From an uncultured Planctomycetales bacterium (GTDB lineage: Bacteria; Omnitrophota; Gorgyraeia; Gygaellales; JAHJCI01): a stretch of DNA of 64,000 nt. Positions 10,847-20,143 of the stretch are shown here, in pieces. A model generated the notes under the pieces. The model was not told the DNA's origin, did not search any database, and saw nothing but the letters and a program-made list of their open reading frames with translations. The stretch's first letter is position 1; each line of letters starts with the position of its first letter. The DNA is taken from the NCBI GenBank assembly GCA_964592485.1, contig CAZQEY010000001.1, positions 95,935-159,934 on the forward strand, read 5' to 3'. The position numbers and the translations under genes were made by a program.

Positions 10847-11789
10847 TGATTCCTGCGTGTTCTGCTCGTGCCCATTGAACCATCCTTTTTAACCCCTCAA
10901 GCAAGTTAATCTTCGGCTCCCAACCAGTATCTTTTCTTATGGCATTAATATCAGCAAATATACCGAATGTATCTCCGGGTGTTGAATCACTGTATTTAAT
11001 TGGGTAGGCTAATGGCCCTTCGCCAAATGCCTCCAATTCTGCCTCTAAAAGGTCCTGCACATATGTTTTTAATCCAAAGGCAACATTATAACTTTTCCCA
11101 AAAGTTATAGAATTATCCAAACATTTCATATAAGCATCAATGACATCATCAATATAGACAAAATCTCTATAACGCCGACCAGACCCCTTTACTAATATTT
11201 CCTGTTTTTTTAAAATATACGCCATGTAAATACTAACCATTCCCTGACGCAGATTCTCCATATTCTGACCTGGACCGTAAACATTAAATAGGCGCAAGGA
11301 AGTTGTATTGATTCCTAATTTTGAATAAATTTTTAGATAATTTTCAGAAGTAAGCTTGCCAATTCCATAAAAGGATTTAGGCTTAGGTTGCGCATCTTCA
11401 CTGACTGGTTGAATTTCTTGATCGCCATAAATAGACATAGAACTTGTATATATAAAGCGTTCTATATTCTTTTTTAAACACCAGTCTAACAACATTAAGG
11501 TACTTAAACAATTAGTCTTAAGGTCATACTTGGGATCTTCGAATGAAATCTCTCCTGAGGATTGAGCAGCTAAATGAAAAACTGCATCAAATTTTCTTTT
11601 TGGCAAATGATTGCTGAAATCATCACTAGAAAGATCAAGAAAGGTAAAATCAGCATCTGCAGGAATATTACTTTTAAAACCCGTAGATAAGTTATCTATG
11701 ATATGGACCTGCCAACCAACTGAAAGAAGTTTCCGCGATAAATGCGACCCAATAAAACCAGCTCCTCCAGTTAGTAATGCTGCCTTCAT
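10839..11789 (-). CDS. NAD-dependent epimerase/dehydratase (extended SDR)
   Basis: MKAALLTGGAGFIGSHL. I moved the start to ATG 11789; the track's longer N-terminal extension overlaps the upstream gene. Confidence 0.8.
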   Translation of the reverse strand: MKAALLTGGAGFIGSHLSRKLLSVGWQVHIIDNLSTGFKSNIPADADFTFLDLSSDDFSNHLPKRKFDAVFHLAAQSSGEISFEDPKYDLKTNCLSTLMLLDWCLKKNIERFIYTSSMSIYGDQEIQPVSEDAQPKPKSFYGIGKLTSENYLKIYSKLGINTTSLRLFNVYGPGQNMENLRQGMVSIYMAYILKKQEILVKGSGRRYRDFVYIDDVIDAYMKCLDNSITFGKSYNVAFGLKTYVQDLLEAELEAFGEGPLAYPIKYSDSTPGDTFGIFADINAIRKDTGWEPKINLLEGLKRMVQWARAEHAGINE

Positions 11790-11796
11790 TCTATAT

Positions 11797-12732
11797 TCAG
11801 CCTTTCTTATAAATTCGTGCAATAAGTGTATCGCAATAACCTGTTTTTTTCATGCTTTCCAAATAGGTTCTCTCTAATTTTTCTGTAAAGAATGGTGAAT
11901 ATTTACCCTGGCCACCGGGCTTTCCTTTTATAGCCCAAGTTATGTGATTAGAAAGGTCATAACGCTGTTCTGGAATAATCTGGAAATCATCAGCAACCTC
12001 TTTTAAAACGTATTCCAAAGATTTTTTATTGAAGTAATAATTGTGTGCAACACTCCAATAGAATCTGTTAAATGCCGGGATATTATAAATACTTAACAAT
12101 GGATCGCTGCGGCTGGGGACTTCAAAAATCATGGTACCCCCAGGTGCTAGTAATTTAAACGCCTGCCTTAGAAAGCCAACTGGTTCAGCAATATGTTCTA
12201 AAACAAAAAAATGTAACACCAAGTCAAATTTAATCGATTGATATTGTGAATTCTTTAGTGTTTCTAAAGAATCAAAAACCTTTATTTTATTTTCTTTTAA
12301 GAAATTCGTAAAAACACGCGACGGTTCTATGCCTACAACCTCAAGCCCTTTCTTTTTTAGAGGTAGAAGCATAAAACCTGAAGAACAACCTATCTCTAAT
12401 ACCCGCTTTCCAGGAGAAAGTAAGTCAGAAAAGAAACGCAACCGCCTTTTATATTGTTTTTCATTAGATTTTAAATGAGCCTGAGGACCACTCCAGTCAA
12501 AATCCTTACCCGCTCGTTTTTCCATAAATTTTTCAAATCCCTTGGCATAAAAATTTCTTTCTTCTGTTTGGCTCATTGCCGGAAACAGAAAAGCAATATC
12601 GCATTTTAAACAGCGATAGAATTTTTGCAATTTAGTCCCGCCATAGACAAAATCTCCCACTATCTCTAATCTGCCAAGATTAGTCTTACATAGACGGCAC
12701 TTTTTAGGTTTATTATTTTCTTCACTCTTCAT
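11797..12732 (-). CDS. SAM-dependent methyltransferase with an N-terminal Cys4 zinc ribbon (TylCIII-like N-terminus)
   Basis: CRLCKTNL...CLKCDIAF zinc ribbon, followed by motif I VLEIGCSSGFML. Within class I methyltransferases this architecture recalls NDP-hexose C-methyltransferases, but the C-terminal domain of that family is absent here. Confidence 0.65.
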   Translation of the reverse strand: MKSEENNKPKKCRLCKTNLGRLEIVGDFVYGGTKLQKFYRCLKCDIAFLFPAMSQTEERNFYAKGFEKFMEKRAGKDFDWSGPQAHLKSNEKQYKRRLRFFSDLLSPGKRVLEIGCSSGFMLLPLKKKGLEVVGIEPSRVFTNFLKENKIKVFDSLETLKNSQYQSIKFDLVLHFFVLEHIAEPVGFLRQAFKLLAPGGTMIFEVPSRSDPLLSIYNIPAFNRFYWSVAHNYYFNKKSLEYVLKEVADDFQIIPEQRYDLSNHITWAIKGKPGGQGKYSPFFTEKLERTYLESMKKTGYCDTLIARIYKKG

Positions 12733-12738
12733 AATACG

Positions 12739-13521
12739 TTATCTACGGGCTTTATTTTTATAAAGTGGCAATAATGGATCTTTATCTAAAAACATTTCCA
12801 CATGTCGTAAATCTTCAATGGTATCCACGCTATAAGTTTTATATTTGCTAAATACCATTTTTACCTTGTAACCATGTCCTAAGAGCCTCAGCATATCTAC
12901 AGATTCGATTTTCTCAAGAGGAGTTGGAGGGAGTTCGTTGAATTTAATCAAGAAATCACGTCTATAAGGAATAATACATACCTGCTTTAACATTAAAGCT
13001 AGGTCTTTATTCTTTTTTCGTGAAGGAATAGGCTCTCTGGAAAAATATAAGGCAAAATTATTGTTATCCACAACCACTTTTACCTCATTAGGGTCTTGGA
13101 ACTCTTCAATATTTTCTAAAGGAGACATAAGATTAGTAACTTGTATGTTTTCGTCCTTCAATATAGGCTCTATTGCCAAATCTATCATTTCAGGAAAAAG
13201 CATTGGTTCATCCCCTTGAACCATAACCACAACATCAATCTTTTCCTTTGTTGCCTGTTCGATTTTAAACATTGCTTCCGTAGTCCGATCAGAGGCTCTT
13301 TCATGGGTATCTTTTGTCATAATAGATTTTGCGCCTATGGTTTGAGCATAATCCATTATTTCTCTATCGCAGGTAGCAATATAAGTATCGCTTAACAACT
13401 CACTCATTATACTGCGGAAATAAACATGACCAACCATGGGAATTCCACGTATTTTGGCTAAAGGCTTTCCAGGAAAACGTGTGGAAGCCATACGTACCGG
13501 TATTATGGCAACTATTTTCAT
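12739..13521 (-). CDS. kdsB: 3-deoxy-manno-octulosonate cytidylyltransferase-family enzyme (CMP-ulosonic acid synthetase)
   Basis: MKIVAIIPVRMASTRFPGKPLAKIRGIPMVGHV aligns with the KdsB N-terminus (IIPARYASTRLPGKPL..I.GKPMI.HV). The internal VQGDEP and ALYFSR blocks are also conserved. Confidence 0.8.
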   Translation of the reverse strand: MKIVAIIPVRMASTRFPGKPLAKIRGIPMVGHVYFRSIMSELLSDTYIATCDREIMDYAQTIGAKSIMTKDTHERASDRTTEAMFKIEQATKEKIDVVVMVQGDEPMLFPEMIDLAIEPILKDENIQVTNLMSPLENIEEFQDPNEVKVVVDNNNFALYFSREPIPSRKKNKDLALMLKQVCIIPYRRDFLIKFNELPPTPLEKIESVDMLRLLGHGYKVKMVFSKYKTYSVDTIEDLRHVEMFLDKDPLLPLYKNKARR

Positions 13522-14303
13522 TCCTTCCTGGCCTCCAGATGCTTTCTAACTTTTTCTAAATTATCAGCACAGGATTGCCTTAAAAACATTGTATCTAAAC
13601 TAAAGCCCAAAAATCTATAGCCTTCGTTTATTCTCCTTAATAACTCCTCCTCAGCAGGTGGAATAACATGAAAACCAGCCGGCTTCTTTATCTTCTGAGA
13701 TACTTGAATAATCTTTTTTAAGGCCTTTTTAACAGTTCCGTGTTCAAATTCTCCGGGAACTCCCAAAGAACCGGAAAGGTCATAAGGCCCCACTATAAAC
13801 CCATCTACACCATCAACCTCTAAAATATCTTCTAAGTTATTCACTGCTTCGATATGCTCGATTTGAACGATAACGATACTTTCATAATTGACCCACTTTT
13901 TATACTTCTCAAATTCAAAACCGTATCCTTGAGCCCTCGCAAGCCCAACGCCTCTTTTACCTAAAGAAGGATACTTTACTGCTCCGACTGCATTTTTAGC
14001 ATCTTCTTTTGTGTTTACCATGGGAACAATGACGCCATATGCCCCCGCATCCATTGTTCTTTTGATGAGGTTTGAATTATTCTCTCCCACTCGTACTAAA
14101 GGAGTAACTCCACAGAGTTCTATCACCCTTATTAATTCTTGTGCTTTATCTAAGGTTATAACACTATGTTCCATATCCACAGTTAACCAGTCAAATCCTA
14201 TCTTAGCCATAATCTCTGCAATGGCAGTATCAGCCAATGTTATCCATGAGCCAACAGTTAACTCCAGCCTTTTTAATTTATTTTTTAAAAAATTATTTTT
14301 CAT
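13518..14303 (-). CDS. HpcH/HpaI-family aldolase (pyruvate-dependent 4-hydroxy-2-ketoacid aldolase)
   Basis: GSWITLADTAIAEIMAKIGFDWLTVDMEHS and the RVGENN...DAGAYGVIVPMV blocks are typical of HpcH/HpaI/citrate-lyase-beta folds. I placed the start at ATG 14303, which has an AAGGGGA RBS. Confidence 0.75.
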   Translation of the reverse strand: MKNNFLKNKLKRLELTVGSWITLADTAIAEIMAKIGFDWLTVDMEHSVITLDKAQELIRVIELCGVTPLVRVGENNSNLIKRTMDAGAYGVIVPMVNTKEDAKNAVGAVKYPSLGKRGVGLARAQGYGFEFEKYKKWVNYESIVIVQIEHIEAVNNLEDILEVDGVDGFIVGPYDLSGSLGVPGEFEHGTVKKALKKIIQVSQKIKKPAGFHVIPPAEEELLRRINEGYRFLGFSLDTMFLRQSCADNLEKVRKHLEARKE

Positions 14304-14338
14304 ACTAACATTCCCCTTTATTTTATATTGCAGACACA

Positions 14339-15067
14339 TTAGGCCTTCATACCCTCGAATCCTAAATGCTCTACAATAAACTCAAGCCACTTGATATCAT
14401 TTAATGTATGGACATCAACAAAACAATTATGGTTATGATAAATCTGCTTTATGCCTTTAATCTTCTTTCCTAGATAACTCCATGGCTTTATACCTTTGTC
14501 TCTATTCAACCAAGAATTATATTTAAAACACTCTACCGCATGATCAATTTCGTAAGCCTGGTTAACTTGACGAGATATGGGAACTTTAGTTTGTCTGTCA
14601 AGAAAATAAGGAACAAGCACACCATTTTCTATTCTCATTAATGCCTCAGGAATATATTCTAAGCTTCGGATAGTAACAACAGAATCATATTCTGGATTAT
14701 CAAGCAGAAACGTAATACATTTATCAAATATGTCGGGATCTCTAAACGGCACAACGCATTCAGGAAGAACAATAATATCTAAGTCGTGATACTTATTTTT
14801 GATAAAGTTAACCCCATGATCCACAGCCTGCATAAATTTTTCATTTTTAGCCAATTCATCGTCCCTTACAATTACCTCTGCACCGGCTGCCTGAGCAATC
14901 TGGGCAGTCTCCTTGCCGTTGGTGCTAACAAAAACTTTATCTACATTTTTAGAATTTTTCGCATCAACAATTAACCATTCAAGTAAACGCCTATCTTTAA
15001 TCTTCCAGATATTCTTGCCGGGTAAACCAATGCTACCTTCCTTTGCCAGAATCAAAACAGCATTCAT
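14339..15067 (-). CDS. acylneuraminate cytidylyltransferase-family enzyme (CMP-nonulosonate synthetase-like)
   Basis: MNAVLILAKEGSIGLPGKNI is a CTP_transf_3 N-terminus (compare NeuA, which has ARxGSKGLxxKNI). Confidence 0.8.
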   Translation of the reverse strand: MNAVLILAKEGSIGLPGKNIWKIKDRRLLEWLIVDAKNSKNVDKVFVSTNGKETAQIAQAAGAEVIVRDDELAKNEKFMQAVDHGVNFIKNKYHDLDIIVLPECVVPFRDPDIFDKCITFLLDNPEYDSVVTIRSLEYIPEALMRIENGVLVPYFLDRQTKVPISRQVNQAYEIDHAVECFKYNSWLNRDKGIKPWSYLGKKIKGIKQIYHNHNCFVDVHTLNDIKWLEFIVEHLGFEGMKA

Positions 15068-15119
15068 AATTTTTACTCCTTTTCGTAAAATATTATCCTT
15101 TTATAAAAATAACCATCTT

Positions 15120-15869
15120 TCACAGTTGTCCGCCATTAACATCAATAGCAGCACCTGTCATATAATTAGAATCTTCACAAGACAAGAAAAGTATGACTTT
15201 CGCTTGTTGGATAGGTGAAGCTATATATCCCAAAGGAATAGATTTCTCCAATTGTCTCCTGCTTTTAGGCGTCAGGAATTTCTCTAACATAGGTGTTTTA
15301 GTTTGACTTGGGCATAGAACATTAACATTAATGTTATATCGTGCCAACTCAAAAGCCAATTGTCTGGTAAATGCAATAATGGCAGCTTTGGCACTAGTAT
15401 AATGTATGCCTGCTAAACTACTACGAAAACGTCCTGCAATAGAAGAAATATTTACAATCTTACCATATTTTCTTTTTTTCATATGAGGAACAACATATTT
15501 ACAGCATAAGAAACAATTTGTAAGATTATTCTTAACTATATAATTCCATTTCTCCAATGTAATCTCTTCAATTCTCCCGGACGCACTAATTCCTGCACTA
15601 TTAACTAAAATATCAATTTTCCCGAATTTTGAAATTACATCTTTAACCAACCGAACGACATTCTCCTCTTCACTAATATCGCCAACAAAAGGTACAATCT
15701 GTGCCTTTCTATAACATTTTTTTAGCTCTTTAGTTGCCTTTACTACAGCCTTATGGCTCCTTGAACAAGCTATTACACGTGCACCTTCAGAAGCAAAACA
15801 ATATGCTGCTTGAGCTCCTATACCCGATGCTCCGCCTGTAATTATTACTACTTTATCCTTAAAACGCAT
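15120..15869 (-). CDS. classical SDR oxidoreductase (FabG-like)
   Basis: KVVIITGGASGIGAQAA glycine motif, NSAG, and the catalytic YxxxK context (YTSAKAA). Confidence 0.85.
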   Translation of the reverse strand: MRFKDKVVIITGGASGIGAQAAYCFASEGARVIACSRSHKAVVKATKELKKCYRKAQIVPFVGDISEEENVVRLVKDVISKFGKIDILVNSAGISASGRIEEITLEKWNYIVKNNLTNCFLCCKYVVPHMKKRKYGKIVNISSIAGRFRSSLAGIHYTSAKAAIIAFTRQLAFELARYNINVNVLCPSQTKTPMLEKFLTPKSRRQLEKSIPLGYIASPIQQAKVILFLSCEDSNYMTGAAIDVNGGQL

Positions 15870-15888
15870 ATTTCTAATTCTATTAATA

Positions 15889-16314
15889 TTATTTATGGCC
15901 TTCTATAAATACATGTTCCACATCCGGTTTAGTAATTGCAAACCGAATACCTGGCTCTTTCCCTACAACTTTAATACAATGCTTTTTATTATTCTTCACA
16001 AGAACTATATCATTCTCATATACCTTTTTAGTCCCTTCTCCCTCAATAAACCATTCCCATTCACCTTTTATAATAACCCAGCATTCGTCTGTATCAGGGT
16101 GATAATGCAACCTATTACCTTCTCCGGGCTTCTGAGCAATCAAAACACCACCAAATCGTTCATTATATACTATTCTCACTGCCCATGGCGGCTCTCCCAT
16201 TTTCCTGCCAATCTCTTCAAAAGATGTAACCGATTTATTGGCAGAACTATTAATATCTACATTTGCAATCCCGTCATCATGAAATATTTTATACAGGTTT
16301 TTCTCTCCATCCAT
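15889..16314 (-). CDS. cupin-domain protein
   Basis: HYHPDTDECWVIIKGEWE plus a downstream His, typical of cupin_2 metal-binding motifs. Confidence 0.55.
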   Translation of the reverse strand: MDGEKNLYKIFHDDGIANVDINSSANKSVTSFEEIGRKMGEPPWAVRIVYNERFGGVLIAQKPGEGNRLHYHPDTDECWVIIKGEWEWFIEGEGTKKVYENDIVLVKNNKKHCIKVVGKEPGIRFAITKPDVEHVFIEGHK

Positions 16315-16482
16315 TACGTTTGCTCCTCTTTTTTAAAAGATCGTTGTTTAATATTATCAACTCACACACTCTATTCGTTCCACAGATTGTATATATAAAG
16401 TTTCATTATACATTATCTCTTTACTTCATTCGCCTATAGAAATATTTGATTTCTCTTAGAACAAAAACTGATAAAATAATTT

Positions 16483-18456
16483 TCAATCCTCCATTAGCCC
16501 TGTTAATGCCTTATCTACAAAATTATTAAAATATAATCGGAATTCTTCGGGATATCTATAATCTTTTAAATCTAAATCACTAAGGGGTGCCTTTACTGCT
16601 GTATCAAGAATCCGTGGCAAGCATTCCTTTAAAATCTCTGTCTCAGTTACATAATATACCGGTTTCTTCTCAACCTCGCTTAAGCTCTCTGTCACTTTTA
16701 TGTTAAAATGATTATACCTACTCCATTTATCATATAACACAACAGGCACCTTATTCTGTAGTGCTTCTTCTATACAGGTTGAAGAATAACTGACAAGAAG
16801 ATCAGCAATTGATAGAACAGCTTGGAATGAACCTCTATTTATTATTCTGACCTTATTACTCGTTGGTAGCAGTGTGCGGAAATCTGCCTCCGAAATATCA
16901 CATGTAGGATGTGGACGTATAACTAAAACTACGTCATCGAGTCTCTCTATGGCAGCGACAAGATCAGTAAGGCTTGAGATATATTCATCAAGTGTCTCAT
17001 CTATATGAAACCTCATGCCGTATCTGGCTTTTTGCGTTGAAGCATGCACAATAATTCTTGTGTTATTGTATACCCCAAGAATTTCATCCCTTTTTTGTTT
17101 TCGAAAATCATTATCTTTCTTAGAGTAAAGTAGTGGCCCAGAAAGAATTCGTGGCCTTGTATCTCTATAATAATTCAGAAATTTATCCGCCCAGGGAGTT
17201 TGAACAGCAACATAGCGATATGTATTGAGTATAACGCTTGTTCCTAAACGATAATTCTCAATTTTTTCAAATTCATTATTGGGTGGAACATGTGTCCCGT
17301 GGCTTATATTTAACGAACAGAGTTTTAAAAAATCACTCAATTCCCCCATTGTATAGTAAATACCCAAACTATACATTGACATTAGAAGTTTTGGTTGTAG
17401 ACGTTTTAAGATATTGGCTAACACCATTGTTGTATGCTGCAAAGAAAGAATCTCCTGTTTTAAGCCCTTGTAGGCTTTTTCTCTTAAATAAGAGCCGAAT
17501 GCAACGCCATTATAGACCAGCGATTTATTCATTTCCGAAAGAACTAACCTATCCAGTTTATCAAATTCTTCTTCGATTATCTTCTGCTGTTTAACATCTT
17601 TTCTAAAAATTCCTCTAATCAAATCAAGATGAATAATTGTTTCAAAGTAGTTCTTATTTTTAAATTTCTTTAAAAAATTAGATAAAGTCAAATATATTTT
17701 TAGCAGTTCCTGTCTGAGTGTTGATTTACCTTCCCAAATCATTATGCATCTAACATCAGCATTGCGCTGTTTTATCTCTCTCAATATGCTATCCATACGA
17801 TAGGAAAGAGCAGGAACAACAATAATCTTCTTACGATTAGGTTTTTTGGCAACACAAAATGCATAATCCATAATACTTATCAAACTGCCAATTGTATGTA
17901 TAACCTTTGTTATTAAAGAAATACCTAAAGTGCGCTTCTTAGTTTCTAAATGAATTCCATAAAAGGTAATTTTATTTTCCTTACAAAAATCTTGAGCCAT
18001 GAGTCCTAAAAATCTCTCCTCATTTTGGATGTAAGTATTTTTTGTGTACATTTTTCCTACATCTTTCGGCAGGCAGCAGTAAATTTCACTTATCGCATGC
18101 TTTTGTTTAATACCTCTAAGAATCTCGATAATCCAGAGAAAATGATTGATATACAAATGCAGGTGATGTATACATGTTTGCTCATATCCTTTTTTTATAC
18201 CAAAAGCATCTACAAAACATATCTTTTGCATAAATTGATTTACAAGCTCTTCGGTTTTCAGGATGATGCGGTGTTGTGCATTATTATCTACATAATCCAA
18301 CGTATCTTTCGAGTCTATCCCTTTATCTTTTAAGAAAGCACGGATCCTGGGATGCAAGCATACTGTAATCACATCTCCGGAATTAAAGAATCCTTTCCCA
18401 TATCTGCTTAAAATAATTTCTGCTTCATCTATAAACTCTAACAATATAATTTTCAT
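16483..18456 (-). CDS. large hypothetical protein with a TagF-like GT-B C-terminal domain (paralog of 5642-7645)
   Basis: C-terminus VIRPHPTCD...LLVSYSSTCIEEALQNKVPVVLYD carries the HP motif and the D-Y-S-S...P-V-V block of TagF/TagB-type transferases. It aligns with the C-terminus of the 5642-7645 protein. Confidence 0.45.
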   Translation of the reverse strand: MKIILLEFIDEAEIILSRYGKGFFNSGDVITVCLHPRIRAFLKDKGIDSKDTLDYVDNNAQHRIILKTEELVNQFMQKICFVDAFGIKKGYEQTCIHHLHLYINHFLWIIEILRGIKQKHAISEIYCCLPKDVGKMYTKNTYIQNEERFLGLMAQDFCKENKITFYGIHLETKKRTLGISLITKVIHTIGSLISIMDYAFCVAKKPNRKKIIVVPALSYRMDSILREIKQRNADVRCIMIWEGKSTLRQELLKIYLTLSNFLKKFKNKNYFETIIHLDLIRGIFRKDVKQQKIIEEEFDKLDRLVLSEMNKSLVYNGVAFGSYLREKAYKGLKQEILSLQHTTMVLANILKRLQPKLLMSMYSLGIYYTMGELSDFLKLCSLNISHGTHVPPNNEFEKIENYRLGTSVILNTYRYVAVQTPWADKFLNYYRDTRPRILSGPLLYSKKDNDFRKQKRDEILGVYNNTRIIVHASTQKARYGMRFHIDETLDEYISSLTDLVAAIERLDDVVLVIRPHPTCDISEADFRTLLPTSNKVRIINRGSFQAVLSIADLLVSYSSTCIEEALQNKVPVVLYDKWSRYNHFNIKVTESLSEVEKKPVYYVTETEILKECLPRILDTAVKAPLSDLDLKDYRYPEEFRLYFNNFVDKALTGLMED

Positions 18457-20132
18457 TTCAATTTAACCGGCTGGTAGTTCTGCGATACATATATAGCCTC
18501 AACCTTTGAAGTATCAATATTATTATCCCTCAAATATTCTAAAGCTTCACCCATTGAAGAAACAACAAATCTTTTATTAAGACTGGCTATAAATCTAGCA
18601 AAATCTTCAAATTTTATATTTTTATATTTCTTAACAATGTCTGTCCTTAACAAGTCTCGATAATACACAGTAGCATTAAAACAAGCAAAATCACGGATAT
18701 TCATTATATCTGGATTACTATAAAACCCATCAATGTATTTATAGTCGCTGTAATCATCAACAAAGAAGATTGCGCCCTTGTCTGCGTATCGTCCAATTTT
18801 TCTATTAATTTCTTTATATAACCTATCCGGAGCCTTTAGAGCATTTTTTGAAAGGCCAAAAAGATTTTTTCGATAACAATAATCAAATCCATCAAAGACA
18901 GTCCATATGGTTACAATAAGATATAATCCTAAAATTCCTATTCCAATTTTACGCAAACCTTTCTTCTCCTCACGCAAGAATGAAACAACTACATCTGCAA
19001 TAATAATACAACTGGGTATTGCAATAGCATTAGTGACATCAGTCCGATAAAAAACAAAAATATATATTAAAAACAAACATAAGTATACAACAGTAAACGG
19101 ATAAGTCTGCGGCTTAATGCGTTTAAATATTATTACCATTAATGCAACAAATAGCAGAATAATAAAGATACCCAGGGTCAATAAAGTAACTATGAATTGA
19201 GTAGATAAATTCTTCAAAATCTCGCCTTTATTTTCTCTGATTAATCGCTTAACCACCTCTTTAAGCTCTCTCTTTTGTTTCAGTTTGTCAAAGATTAGCT
19301 GGTGGTAAAGCAGAGAAAGACCAGTAGACTTTATAAATAGTTCATTTGCCTTAAATGCATACCCCTGAATACTCCGCCCCCATTTAAATCTATAACTAAG
19401 AGGAATGGCATTGCCGGTTTTCAGGTATGCGCCTAGAGGAAATAAGGCCATAGTCATTGAGAGAACCAAAATAATCAATATTAATTGCTTAAAACTAATC
19501 ACTTTTTTTAGCAATGAAAATAAAGCAATGATGATCAGGAAAGGAAAGAAGATGAAACCGCTTTCATAATTAAAAATAGTTAATAGGAAAAAAAAGGCGC
19601 AGATTAATAAAGCAAATTTTTTCTTTTTGTGCACATATATGATGAGAAAATACAAACTTATCAGTCCCGTCAGTGTATTAGTTAAGTGTGAATGAAAACA
19701 ATTCCAGGCCAATGCCCTAAAGCCAATGTAGTAATTAATCGCGAATAATGTCCCTGCTAGAATTCCTAATGTTTTATCCTTGTAATATGTATTAACAAGA
19801 AGAAAAATAAGAAAGGCGGTTAGAATATAACAGATTACAATGATTAGATGGAAAAATTGGGGATCTATGGATACGGAGGTAATTAAAAGATTAATTAAAT
19901 TGTAAAAAGGCGCAAAATGTCCTCCTTGTTGAATATGCCCGCCAGTAGTATCGAATAGTAATGGTAAAATTGGAGAAAACTTAGCTTTAACAACAAATAA
20001 ATTTGTATATTGATAATCATCACTCCAATTGCCCGTGTTAATGGTAGCGATTAATAATGGTAAATTAATCAAAACAAAATATAGAAATATTGATATTTTA
20101 TTCCTAAAGAGTTTCGAGTATATTTGTTTCAT
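18453..20132 (-). CDS. polytopic membrane protein (about 12 TM segments plus a C-terminal soluble domain); putative GT-C-like glycosyltransferase or polymerase
   Basis: Multiple hydrophobic helices, with a DD pair in the first loop (NWSDDYQYTNLF) after TM1. It has a 4-nt overlap with the downstream gene. Confidence 0.5.
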   Translation of the reverse strand: MKQIYSKLFRNKISIFLYFVLINLPLLIATINTGNWSDDYQYTNLFVVKAKFSPILPLLFDTTGGHIQQGGHFAPFYNLINLLITSVSIDPQFFHLIIVICYILTAFLIFLLVNTYYKDKTLGILAGTLFAINYYIGFRALAWNCFHSHLTNTLTGLISLYFLIIYVHKKKKFALLICAFFFLLTIFNYESGFIFFPFLIIIALFSLLKKVISFKQLILIILVLSMTMALFPLGAYLKTGNAIPLSYRFKWGRSIQGYAFKANELFIKSTGLSLLYHQLIFDKLKQKRELKEVVKRLIRENKGEILKNLSTQFIVTLLTLGIFIILLFVALMVIIFKRIKPQTYPFTVVYLCLFLIYIFVFYRTDVTNAIAIPSCIIIADVVVSFLREEKKGLRKIGIGILGLYLIVTIWTVFDGFDYCYRKNLFGLSKNALKAPDRLYKEINRKIGRYADKGAIFFVDDYSDYKYIDGFYSNPDIMNIRDFACFNATVYYRDLLRTDIVKKYKNIKFEDFARFIASLNKRFVVSSMGEALEYLRDNNIDTSKVEAIYVSQNYQPVKLK

Positions 20133-20143
20133 AAAAAGCTAAT

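Noticed and set aside
16315-16482. 168-bp intergenic gap with an AGAAAT/ATTTCT inverted repeat
   Set aside because: It is only a 6-bp AT stem with no following U-tract. I could not support a terminator or a specific promoter call from the sequence alone.
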